Source of the DNA: Chiloscyllium plagiosum
Lineage: Eukaryota
DNA: 64,000 nt
Reading direction: 5' to 3'
NCBI RefSeq assembly: GCF_004010195.1
Contig: NC_057719.1
Coordinates: 76,050,882-76,114,881 of the forward strand
The stretch's first letter is position 1. Each line of letters begins with the position of its first letter. A program made the translations under genes and the position numbers. Below, in pieces: positions 24,065 to 36,052 of this stretch. A model generated the notes under the pieces. It was given only the letters and a program-made list of their open reading frames with translations. It did not search any database and was not told the DNA's origin.

Positions 24065-24530
24065 GTGCTACGACTATAACATATCACAAGATTGTTACTG
24101 TTGCATTACATATAAGATTATTGCTGCCATAACACAAGACTATTACTATTGTAATATACAAGTACAGTTTAATATGAGATTTTACTGTTGTAATTCAGAA
24201 AATTGCTATGTTGTACTATATGAGCTTGTTACTGTTGTAACATGAAATTGTTGCTGTTGTCATATACAAGACTACTGTTGTAATATGAGACGATAACTTT
24301 TGTAATATACATGATTGCTATCTTATATGAGATTGTTACTCGTGTAACATGAAATTGTTACTGTTATAATATACGAGCTTGTACTGTTGTAATATACAAG
24401 TATTGTTGTAATATATGAGAGTATTACTGTTGTAATATACAAGATTGCTACATTGTAATATATGAGACTGTTACTCCTATAACATGACATTGTTACTGTT
24501 GTAAATATACCAGACTGTTACTGTTGTATA
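24065..24530. repeat. Degenerate AT-rich minisatellite, ~24-bp unit (tactgttgtaatatacaagattgt-like)
   Basis: Recurrent ttactgttgtaata / acatgaaattg / atatgagattg units. Confidence 0.85.
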
Positions 24531-26783
24531 AGTGATCCAGCAGCCAATTTGCAAACAGCAAACTCCCAGTGATGTGGCAATGATCAGATAATCTTCTTTT
24601 ATAACATAGAATGAGAATAAATGTTAATCTGGACACTTGGTATAGCTCCTCTGCTTTTCTTCAAAGTCAGGATGGGATCATTTACATCTAATCAAGCAGG
24701 TGGCTGCAGCCTCAGTTTAAAGTGTTATCAGAAAGGCAGTGCAGCACTCACCCAGTGTGTCAGTCTCGACTCTTGTGCTGAAGTCTGAGAATCTGAAGGT
24801 TCAGAGGCAACCAACTGAACCAGAACTCACATCAGTGAATGCAAAGGCTATGGAGTGAAGCCCCATTTTGAAATTTCAGCACATAATTAAGATGACGGTT
24901 AAGTGCTGTATTGAACAACTGCTGCAAAGGATTTCTCTCAATCACTAAATCAGACTATTAGGCAACTAGCAAATTGATGTTTCATCATGCAAATTGGTGC
25001 CACATCTCCAACATTACAACACTGACAATACTTCAAAAGTACTTCATTGACGGTATTGTGATTTGGGATATGCCAAGTTTGTGAAGGGCAGTACGTAAAT
25101 CTTTTGATGAAATATTGATGCAGGACCTTGGCTGTATGTTCAAATGAGTATAAAATATCTCATTGCATTCTTTAGAATACAGGAATTCTCCCCATAATCT
25201 GGTCAACGTTTCTTTATCCCTCAACCAATGGCACAAACCAAATTTCTTGATAATCGGTCACATTGCTCTTGTGGGACCTTGTGGTAGAATTTCAGCAAAG
25301 TGAAGGGTGGTGTTGATGAACTTGCTATCAAACAGCACATACTCAGCAATTACCTGCTCACTGGCAGCTCTGTGTTTGTTGTTGATGCTGTGCACACACA
25401 CAAACACAGTTATGCAATGCCACATCACTGTAAAGTGATGGAATAACAGCTGCCTGGAACAATGTTGGTGCTGCCCATATAATCACACAGCAGGGGAAAC
25501 CCCTGAGTGTCGTCTCACTGAAATCAATAGCCATTTCAACCCTTGTCATGATGATTGGTAGAAGTATTTCAATAGAAGCCCAGGACAGTAGGATATCTGG
25601 TTTATTCCATTCACATAAATGCATGTGGCCTGCTTGTTCCTGCACCTTTTTGAGATAATGGGAACATCACTGTTGCATTGCAAAATGGACTTGCCAGTGC
25701 GTGGATTTATTGCAATAATAATAATAAGCAGAAACGTTCATGCAACATGTTCAATCAGAATTACTCTTGATGCATGTTCTTAAAGAATACTTCCAATCTC
25801 AGCGTGACTGGCTCTTGATGTGGAACATGTGCATGCATGCTGGCATCATCTAGCATTTATATCGGAAGTCCATCTGTGCCTGTGCAAATGGACTGCAGCG
25901 GTTACTTTTCTGTGAATGCATGTGTGACTTCAGCTGTGCATGCGAAAATGCATCCTGGTGAAGAGGCCTTTACCATGATAGTGTGAAATCTCCACCAGGC
26001 ATTCTGACACACACTGCATTTCAAAACAGAACTCAACAATGAATCACTGCAGTTAAAAAACATCTATATTACAATGCACCATCCATTAACTCCATATTAA
26101 GTTGCCAAAATATTTAACACTTTCCTTTCCAAGTAGCCCTGACTCCTTATCAGGCTTACCCACTAATTCTGAGCTCTAAAACCTGTCTTGTAGCAGGAGC
26201 ACATGAGAACAGCATGTGGAAGGTATTGCACATTTCCTATAACCATCACGGTGATGACACTGACCTGAGAAAAGTCATTTCTAATTTATGCAAAGGTCAG
26301 ACAAAAACAGCACAGGGTGGGAAAGGCAGAGAAATTTTGTTTTTGCTGCCTGAAAAATAATCATAATTCCAGCTTCCTGACCTGATTTCTACCTCCAAAG
26401 GAAAACAAAAATCTAAGCCATCTTTCATTTTTAAAGGGTTATACTTCTTACAGAATTTGTAATGATGCAGAAACTGATTATAAAACTGCCCTGAAATTCC
26501 CAGACTCACATGCAAATTGCAAACGTTGGTAATGTTACAATACAATTATATTCAAGGGGGGGGGGAATCAGAACATTAAACATGGGTTGAAACTGATTTA
26601 AAATATTTACTTTTGATATAACATTATCAAATTGTTAGCATTTTTGTAATTTCAATAACTTGATGGAATTATTTGCCTCAGCAACTTCATATCGTCCATT
26701 CCAGCTTATTACATGTAAAAAGGATCCATTGTGCACCTGGGTCTGTATAGAACTGCATTAGGTTTACTCCATTGAGTCCTTAC

Positions 26784-26877
26784 TTGAATTTGAATGTTTC
26801 ACCCAGCTCAGTAGCATTTCCTGGAGTGATCTCAAATATTCCACTGAAAGAGTAGGGATGACCACCATAGGCGTACT
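26784..26877 (-). CDS. DESI2: DESI2/PPPDE1 internal coding exon, 94 bp, equivalent to exon 3
   Basis: tttcttttggcag|AG TAC GCC... = (E)[30 protein letters not shown](K)|gtaag. Phase is compatible with both neighbouring exons. Confidence 0.95.
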
Positions 26878-29271
26878 CTGCCAAAAGAAATTTAGAGAAG
26901 GTTACTCAAGAAAGGACAGCCATTTCCAGTCTTACAAATTAATTTCCAACAATGTGCATCATTTGCATCAGATGAACACTCTGTCTGCTACCAATGTTGG
27001 CATTTCCATTTCCCATGAAAGTCACTGCCATAGGATGGGATTTGCAATTAAGGTTGAATTGTGGAAAGCTTTATGTCCAGCAGCAGCAGCAGCAAATTGA
27101 ACTTGCCTATTATCTTGCATCTACAACACTGATTGTTGCCGGGGAGAGGAAGCTCAATTTCCATTAAGCTTGACTGGTTCCAAACCCAAGTAAGCAGAGG
27201 CCAAAACAGCAACACTCCTGATCATTGGCCCATCCAACTCTTCACAACAACCAATATAAAATTGATGGTCAAAATTGTGTATGATATAACGACATTAACA
27301 GTGCACACTAATAAACCTGAACATTCCAACATTATCTCTGGATTTTCAGGAATGCCACAGTTGGTGACACATGTTCTCAATTGCATCATTTTGTGCGAGA
27401 ATTGTCCATTCCAAATATACACTAATATTTCCTGTGAAAGTAATTTGAATACGAATGTAGGTACTAACATACACATTAGGAGCATGAGTCAGCCCTTCTG
27501 CCCTTCAAGCTTCCGTTGTCATTTGATAAGATCATGGTTGATCTAATGTGGTAGCGCATCAACTTTCCTCAAAAAACCTTAAGCCCCGTGTCAATCAAGA
27601 ATCAACTTTGACTGTATTTCATGACCCAGCCTTCACTGCTCTCACACAAAGGGAATTTCAACTCTCTAGAGGAGAGAAAACATTTAACCTCCGTCCTGAA
27701 TGGTAGTTATTTCGAAACTGTGTCTCCTAGTTCCAGACTGCCCTATAAGCGATAATATCCTCCCAGCATGCACCATGTGAAATCCTCTCAAGAATTCTGG
27801 GTTTCCATAAAACCAATTCTCATTGTTCTAAATGCCAGCAGGTGTAATCTCAATGTGTTCAGCTTTTCCTTCGAAACTAACATCTTCATCCCAAGAATAT
27901 GCCACACAAGACATAATAGAGACATAGAGAAGTTGTGCAGCAATAGTTTATACCATTCATATCAATTATTTACTTAAACAGATCAATATTTGCATGACTT
28001 GAATCTTAAAACCTCTCACTATGTTAAACTTGATCACTTGCAAGAAACAATTGAACCTCTGATCATACCCAGTTGTCATGAATTCAGTTTTCAGAAAATT
28101 AGCGATTAGAGCATTGAAATCTTTGATGTTGAGATGACAGGAATTATTTTAAAGTCTCAGATTAAACAAATATTCACTTTCATTAACACTGTATGCAGGC
28201 ACATTAGTGCCGTACACTATACATAACATACAATAAACCTGCAACATAATTATGAGAAAGGAATATTACAATAGGTTTTAGCTCCTAATTAAATATATCA
28301 ATCGACAGCAAAGATTTTTCCAATGTATGAGTTGGAATTTGTTCACAATGAAAATAAATTTAAAGATCTTTTACTCACTCAGAATGAATTTGATGATAAC
28401 TTATGTTTGCTGAAATGTCAAAGATTATTTTATTGAAACAACGTCTATTCATGTGATTCCAGAGAAATAGTACCACAGCTTTTACATCCCTCCCACACTG
28501 AGAACTAGAGCTCATGTTGTCCCAGATGGCTAAGCTCCTGTCTATTACCTTTCAATCTAAGTGAATAGAGCAAAGAATTAGCTTAATTATAGGAAACTCA
28601 CAAATTTCTTTTACTTGAATAGGAATGGGAGTGTTGGGGTGCTGGACATAATGATTGACCAAGGATTTTGGTAAAACGTATAGCCTAGTATGACTTAATG
28701 ACATGAATATCCCATTATATTCTCTGTGAAACAGTTGCAGCATCATGGAATTTCTGAAGCCAAGTCTGGTGTTGCCTATTAAATTGTGATTTATTTCACT
28801 AAGTCTCCTTTTCAACTTATTTCTTGCAGGCTCCACCTTGGATCTCTATCTAGACTTCGCAATTTTTATAATGAAGTCTGTTCATGTATGCTGGCCATAA
28901 TAGTGGAAAGACACAGGGAGGAAGTAGAGATGGACAGTGTTGAAAATTTAACAATAGAAGAGTACAGATATTTGTGAAGGACTGTTACTGAGGATTGTGA
29001 AAGGTGCATTAACATATATAAGTGCATGTTCTGGGAATGACTAGATAGTTGTCCCTACTAATTCTGCTTCTGTAATCAGAGGAAATATTTGAGAAACTTG
29101 AGGACAGAAAGATAGGTTACGTTTAATCGCAATATTGTAAGACAAATTGAGAAACACGCTTTAATCAGACTTGCATTTAGTTCTAATACTGACATAAATA
29201 ATTTCTTGCCTATTTTTGATCATCTTTCTAAATTAAGCTAATGAAGTTTATTCATTTGATTCCTTGGGCTA

Positions 29272-29538
<267 letters not shown>

Positions 29539-29605
29539 TTAAATGTACTATAACACACCATATATAGCAGTGTAACCTTTAAAATCTGCCAATTACTGTA
29601 AGCTA

Positions 29606-29975
29606 AGAACAAAGAACAGTACAGCACAGGAACACGTCCTTTGGTCCATCAGGTCTGTGGCAACACGTGATGCCTTTCTAAACTAAAAACCTTTTGCCTC
29701 TGTGCAATCCATATCCCTCAATTCCCTGCCTATTTATATATCTATCAAGGTGCTCCTTAAATGCAGTTATTGTATCCGCCTCCACCACCTCCTCTGGCAG
29801 TGCATTCCAGGCATTATCATCTTCTGTGAAAAAAAACTCTCACATCTCGTTTAAACTTACCCCGTTTTACCTTCCATCTCCTAGTAACTGACATTTCTAC
29901 TCTGGGTAAAAGACTCTGACTATGCCCCTCATAATTTTGTAAATTTCTGTCAGATCGCCCTCATCCTTTGGTGTT
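29606..29975 (-). mobile_element. CR1 3' fragment
   Basis: aagaacaaagaacagtacagcacagg tail plus decayed ORF2 C-terminal sequence. Confidence 0.75.
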
Positions 29976-31574
29976 TAGATTAAGATGACCGAGACTTCAG
30001 GCCTTGGCTAGGTCAAGGTGCCTGCATCCGTGGTTCAAAATACCTTTATAGAGATAAGACTTAGACTTTAAGACTTAGATGTTTTGGCTTTCTTTTATTT
30101 CTGCTGTTGTTCTTTTTAAAATTGTAATCAAGATGGTGCGGGAGAACAGGAACTTTGTACACTTTTCATTATACTCAAGTATACCTAGACTTGAGTACAT
30201 GCGACAATAAAGTCTAATTCTAATTCTAAAATTCTATGTATTGCTGCAATGAATTATTCCCATTGTATAGATTATATCATTAATGATGATTCAGCCTGAC
30301 AAATCCTTGGTTAATTTTAGAAGCCAAATTTCAATGTAAAATATTCAAGATTAAAGCCCACTAGGAAACATTTACAGCACAAAATGAGGCTTTTCAAATT
30401 AATCTATTCATTACTTAGGGAGAGTTTGAGTCTATATGCCAAACTAGAACTGAAAATGTTCTATCCTCTGATTCTCATACCTCCAACCATGATAAGTATA
30501 AATGATCACAAGAAATAAAATTTGCCATTAGACATTGTCACTCACATGAGGGGAATTTAAATCTGCTTTATTAAGGTAGGCAGAAAGCAACCATGTGAGC
30601 AGATATCACTGACTTCCATGTCCTGACTCCTTTTTGACAATATGAAAAATGAATGAGAGACCAATGTTTCTCAATGGTATTAAAAGCAGTATCATCATTG
30701 CGAAACTTCTCAGAAGCATTTAGATCTGGCAAGAAATTAAAATGTGAATGATCTCTTCAGTAGGCAGAATTGAATGATTCCAGCATTAAAAATATTTCAT
30801 CCTACAGAATTTTTGCTTGCAGGATTTAACAATGAATATGAACATTTCCAGAAACATTTGGGGCTCACGATGCAATGACCAGTAGCAATTTTTGGAAACC
30901 CTTTCAAGAGATATGGGTGTGCTTGACTAGGTGAGCATTTATACCCAACCTAGGTGCCCTTGAGAAGGTGGTGATGAGTCAACTTCTTGAAGTACTGAGG
31001 TCTGCGTGGTTCATGTACACCTACAGTGCTGTTAGGGAGGGAAGGCTGTTAATATTAATGTGCAAAGAATGCTGCATCTTCTCTACTGCAATGTAACTAG
31101 AAAGTGTACAGTGGCTATGACCCAGAGATCTTGTAAATCAGATGTGACTGGGCTGTTCCTGTCACTAATTGTCTCTATAGAGCTGTTGCTTCTTTGGTAA
31201 GGCTGGTACAGTTTGATCCTGGGAGTTCTAAACATTCACTCATGGGATGTGGGCATCACGAGCAGGGCCAGTGCTTGTTGCCCATCCCTAATTGCCCAGA
31301 GGGCAATTAATAGTCAATCACATTGCTGTGGATGTGAGGTAAGGGTGGTAGATTTCCTTCCCCAAAGGACATTTGTGAATCAGATAGGTTCTTTCATTTC
31401 ATTATGTATTCAGAAACGCTCTTACACACAACTTCTTTTTAACCATTACTAAATCAGCAATGGCTATTTTTACCTATTAACCACCACTATTAAATTACTT
31501 AGGTTTTCCATTTGATTAATTTATAAGCAAAGCCCATTAACAGCTATGCAGGCTCGCAAAGGTGAGGGAGAATG

Positions 31575-31870
31575 GGTGGCACAGTGGCTCAGTGGTTAGC
31601 ACTGCTGCCTCACAGCGCCAGAGACCTGGGTTCAATTCTAAGTTTGAGCAACTGTCTGTGTGGAGTTTGCATGTTCTTCCTATGTCTGTGTGGGTTTCCT
31701 CCCACAGTCCAAAGATGTGCAGGTTAGGTGAACTGGCCGTGTTAAATTGCCCGTAGTGTTATGTGCATTAGTCAGAGGGAAATGGGTCTGGGTGGGTTAC
31801 TCTTCGGAAGGTTGGTGTGGACTGGTTGGGCCGAAGGGCCTGCTTCCACACTGTAGGGAATCTAGTCTAA
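31575..31870 (+). mobile_element. HE1-like V-SINE
   Basis: ggcacagtggctcagtggttagcactgctgcctcacagcgcc head, V-domain and tail. Confidence 0.9.
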
Positions 31871-33123
31871 GAAGTAGCGGCCAGATTGGTTTTTGGTCAT
31901 CATGAGAGTAGCTTCTTATTCCACATTTTTTTAACATAATTCAAATGTCCTCATTTGCCATGATTGGATTCCCAAATGCTCATGGAATGTGTCAACAAAA
32001 TCTTAGACTGGATTATTCACCAGTGACATTACCACTCACGACGACCAGTGCCAACTGTTCAGTCTTCCAACATTAATACAAAGACTCGTGGTGCTCCCCC
32101 TTGGTTTTTTAGGTTTTATTTATTGCTCAGAGCCTAGAGAGAGGCACCTCAAGTCTCCAGAGGCTGGAGTCAAGTGGAGAAAGTGGTAGAAATAGGCAAC
32201 TGGAAAACACTCCCACCGTTTTTGATGGTTGACATTCCATCAACCGATTTCTATGGTATGTACCATGTACTTGCCCTTTGAATAGCAGTCAAATTATGTT
32301 CCACAAACTGAAATTACCTTTAGGGGTAAAGGGTTAATCTGGGTACAGGGTTACCGATTGCTGATGTACAGCCAAGACCCCGATGCATGACCAAATGCTC
32401 ATGGAATGTGTGGAGCTACTTGTTTCAGAGATTTTGGCCTTGCCTGTGATTTACCGTCAGACAGACGCCAGCTGATTGAAAGGATTTGAAAAGTGAGTCG
32501 ATAAGGGATTGAAACATTAAGTGGATTATTCACACTGCCACATTAAGCTGTTAGAGTTTGATCTAATTCCAAAGCAATTCTATGTCTACTTTTCTCATTA
32601 AGTCTCCTGGAATAATTAGGCTAAAAAGCAAAGAAAAAAAAACAAAATTCTGACACCAAATATTTTGAGATGAACATACTTAGCCGTGTTTTTTTTTATT
32701 CAAATCTCTCTGATACAGATTGGAAACTCTGCTCAAAGTGAAAGAGCAGTTTATTATATTTTAAATAGAGCTTAGTGGGGCTTCTCAGTATCCCTTCTAA
32801 ACACTGACTTCTGAACTTGAATTCAATCCAAGATGAAAGCATGCTCTCTCTGTTATCTGCTTTTTGGAGCCCAACTGAGACTAGTATTGGCAGCGTCTGC
32901 TCCAGTTGCTACTGACTGTGGACCCACAGTAAAAGGTTATCGTGATCTGGCATTGAATACCAACATTGTGTAATGGCAGCAATAAGACAGTCTCCAGGTC
33001 AGGACCATATTGATACAGCTTATGTGTCTTTTCTTTCCTTGGGGTAGATGAGAAAGAAAGTGAGTCTTTTGCACTTGACCTGCCTGGAGGCTTTTTGATA
33101 CTGATAAAAAGGGCTCCCCTAAG

Positions 33124-33450
33124 GGGGCAGCACGGTGGCTCAGTGGTTACCACTGCTGCCTCACAGCACCAGGGACCCAAGTTCAATTCCTGCCTCAGAC
33201 AACTGTCTGTGTGGGGTTTGCACATTCTCCCAGGGTCTGTGTGGGTTCCCTCAGGGCGCTCTGGTTTCCTCCCATAGTCCAAAGATGTGCAGGTCAGGTG
33301 AATTGGCCAAGCTAAATTGCTGATAGTGTTAGGTGCGTTAGTCAGGGGTAAACATATAGGGTAGGGGAATGGGTCTGGGTGGGTTGCTCTTTGGAGCATA
33401 GGTTTAGGCCGACGAGCCTGTTTCCATACTGTAGGTAATCTAATCTAAAC
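33124..33450 (+). mobile_element. HE1-like V-SINE
   Basis: Same tripartite structure, ending in a (atcta)n tail. Confidence 0.9.
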
Positions 33451-33540
33451 TAACAAAGAAAAATAATACAGCACACAAATTGGCTCTCCAAGCCAGCGCT
33501 GCCACATTTTACCTTTCCACACTATAACTGTCTTTAGTTA

Positions 33541-34720
33541 GAGTCATAGAGATGTACAGCATGGAAACAGACCCTTCGGTCCAACCCGTCCATGCCGACC
33601 AGATATCCCAACCCAATCTAGTCCCACCTGCCAGCACCCAGCCCATATCCCTCCAAACACTTCCTATTCATATACCCATCCAAATGCCTCTTAAATGTTG
33701 CACTTGTACCAGCCTCCACTACATCCTCTGGCAGCTCATTCCATACATGTACCACCTTCTGCGTGAAAAAGTTGCCCCTTAGGTCCCTTTTATATCTTTC
33801 CCCTCTCACCCTAAACCTATGCCCTCTAGTTCTGGACTCCCCGGCCCCAGGGANNNNNNNNNNNNNNNNNNNNNNNNNNNNNNGCCTAACCAATGTCCTG
33901 TACAGCCGCAACATGACCTCCCAACTCCTGTACTCAATACTCTGACCAATAAAGGAAAGCATACCAAACACCTTCTTCACTATCCTATCTACCTGCGACT
34001 CCACTTTCAAGGAGCTATGAACCTGCACTCCAAGGTCTCTTTGTTCAGCAACACTCCCTAAGAGCTTGCCATTAAGTGTATAAGTCCTGCTAAGATTTGC
34101 TTTCCCAAAATGCAGCACCTCAGCCCATTGGCCCATCTGGTCCAGATCCTGTTGTAATCTGAGGTAACCCTCTTCGCTGTGCAATACACCTCCAATTTTG
34201 GTGACATCTGCAAACTTACTAACTGTACCCCTTATGCTCGCATCCAAATAATTTATGTAAATGACAAAAATTGGATCCGTATCCCTCTATTCCCTTCCTA
34301 GTCATGTATTCGTCCAGGTGCTTCTTCAATGCTGCTATTGTGTCTGCTCCCACCACCACCTCCAGCAGAATGTTCCAGGCACTCACCACTTTTTGCGTGA
34401 AAAATTTGCCTTGCACATCTGTTTTAAACTTCTCCCCCCCCCCACCCCTCACATCTTGACCTGTGTCTCCTCATAATTGATTCCTCCACCCTGGGGAAAA
34501 GCCTCATACTTTCCACTCTATCCACGCCAGTCACAATCTTGTAAACTTGCACCAGGTTGCCCCTCAATATCCTGCATACCTGTGAAAATGAACCCAGTCT
34601 ATCCAACCTTTCTTCATAGCTAAAATGCCCAATACCGGGCAACATCCTGGTAAACATTTTCTGTACCCTCTCCAAAGCATCCACATCCTTCTGGTAGGTT
34701 GGTGACCAGAACTGCAATAT
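33541..34720 (-). mobile_element. Two adjacent CR1 3' fragments (33541-34265, containing a short N-gap, and 34270-34720)
   Basis: Minus-strand ORFs with FADVTK, LRGNFFTQKVVHVWNELP and QFWSP...ERVQKMFTRMLPG. Confidence 0.88.
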
Positions 34721-35749
34721 TCCAAATGGGATATTGGGTGCTGGCTAAAATCGGACCGATCTCCCGCTCCCCAGCACTAACAGGCCACCAGATGTAAAAT
34801 GAGTGTGTTAGAATGACAAAGCTACAACATGTTCCTGAATCATCAACTGTCCACCGACATGTTAAGTTATTCAGCACATTTTCTGCCAGCACTGATTATC
34901 AGGAAGTTTGCCAAAACCTATGTAAGCTCTGAATTTATGTCGAAAAATCTGCAAGTGCAATGTTCTGCTGATACAAAGCATTGAAAAATACTTAAAGCAA
35001 GCGAATAAAATCTGAGCACTGTTCAAACCAAGTAGGACACTTGTTCAGCCGTAATCAGTCTAATTGCTAAACTCAGAAAAAAAGACAAGATTGGATTTCA
35101 TGAGCTTGTAACCTTTTCTTAAATTTGTTACTGGTATAAGCTGTCTATTTTCGTCGAATTCTCACTTCCAGCTCTGTCCAATGGTCAACGTGCAAGTTGC
35201 AACCGGTGAACAGAAATAGGGTGATGTGATCCACTATGTGAAGGAGCATAACTGTATGAGCCAAGAGCTATTTAAGGACTGTCAGCTTCTTAAACCTAGC
35301 TGATTAAAGGAATATTTGACACTGCTTCCTGAAGCTAAAAGCTGGATGAGTGATTTTCCAGACTGACGGAAAGGTCTTGGCATCAGTTTCCCATTCAATC
35401 TTTACTGTTGACATTCAAGCGAAAATTCAACACTTCTGTTCCTTGCCCATTTTGGGTGAGGATTGCAGGCGAGCAGCATATATGAAGGTAAAAATCGCCC
35501 CAGGCTCCATGATTTTTAATTATTGTTGCGTGGCAAGTGGGCACGGCTGGCATTTATTGGCCATCCCTAGTTGCTCTTGAACTGAATGCCTTGCTAGATT
35601 CAGCAATCTGCTGCGGTCACAGATGGGTTAAGGAGGTAGCTGAAACTTGTCACATTCCCATTAAACTGCCGTTAAGATCAATGGCTTACATTTACACTTC
35701 CAAGAAAATGTAGGCCTCACCAGTTCATGAGAATATGCACCACAATCAT

Positions 35750-36052
35750 AGATTCCCTACAGTGCAGGACCAGGCCATTCAGCCCACCAAGTCCACACCA
35801 ACCCTTCAAAGGGCATCCTAAATTGAACCACCCATCCTTGTATTAGCCCACTTAGCCTGCACATCTCCAGATACTATGGATAATTTTAGCTTGGCCAATC
35901 CACCTAATCTGTGGGAGGAAACTAGAGCAAACTCACATGGACATATAGAGAACATGCAAACTCCACAGGGACAGTCGCCTGAGGGTGGAATTGAGCCCAG
36001 ATCCCTGATGCGGCGAGACAGCAGTGCTAACTACTGAGCCAACATGCTGCCC
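35750..36052 (-). mobile_element. HE1-like V-SINE (older, diverged copy)
   Basis: Reverse-complement head gcagtgctaactactgagcc and tail tagattccctacagtg. Confidence 0.8.

Larger units (their letters stand above)
23165..24830 (-). mobile_element. Old Deu-domain-like (SacSINE1-type) SINE relic, interrupted by the solo LTR and the minisatellite
   Basis: Recalled motifs tttatatag...tttacagccaat and gcagccaatttgc..acagcaa...cagataatc...cagtgcagcactc. Similar to 57280-57800 and inverted relative to ~24860-25100. Confidence 0.55.

Noticed and set aside
24065..24530. Possible CRISPR-like array
   Set aside because: The units are contiguous and degenerate with no unique spacers, and the context is a vertebrate intron.
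25600..25960. Cluster of TGCATG/CATGCA hexamers (RBFOX-like) near a DESI2 exon
   Set aside because: They occur on both strands, about 1 kb from an apparently constitutive exon, and no conservation evidence is available.
31575..33450. tRNA-like heads and recurring 60-170 aa ORFs in SINE copies
   Set aside because: They are HE1/V-SINE sequence, not tRNA genes or proteins.
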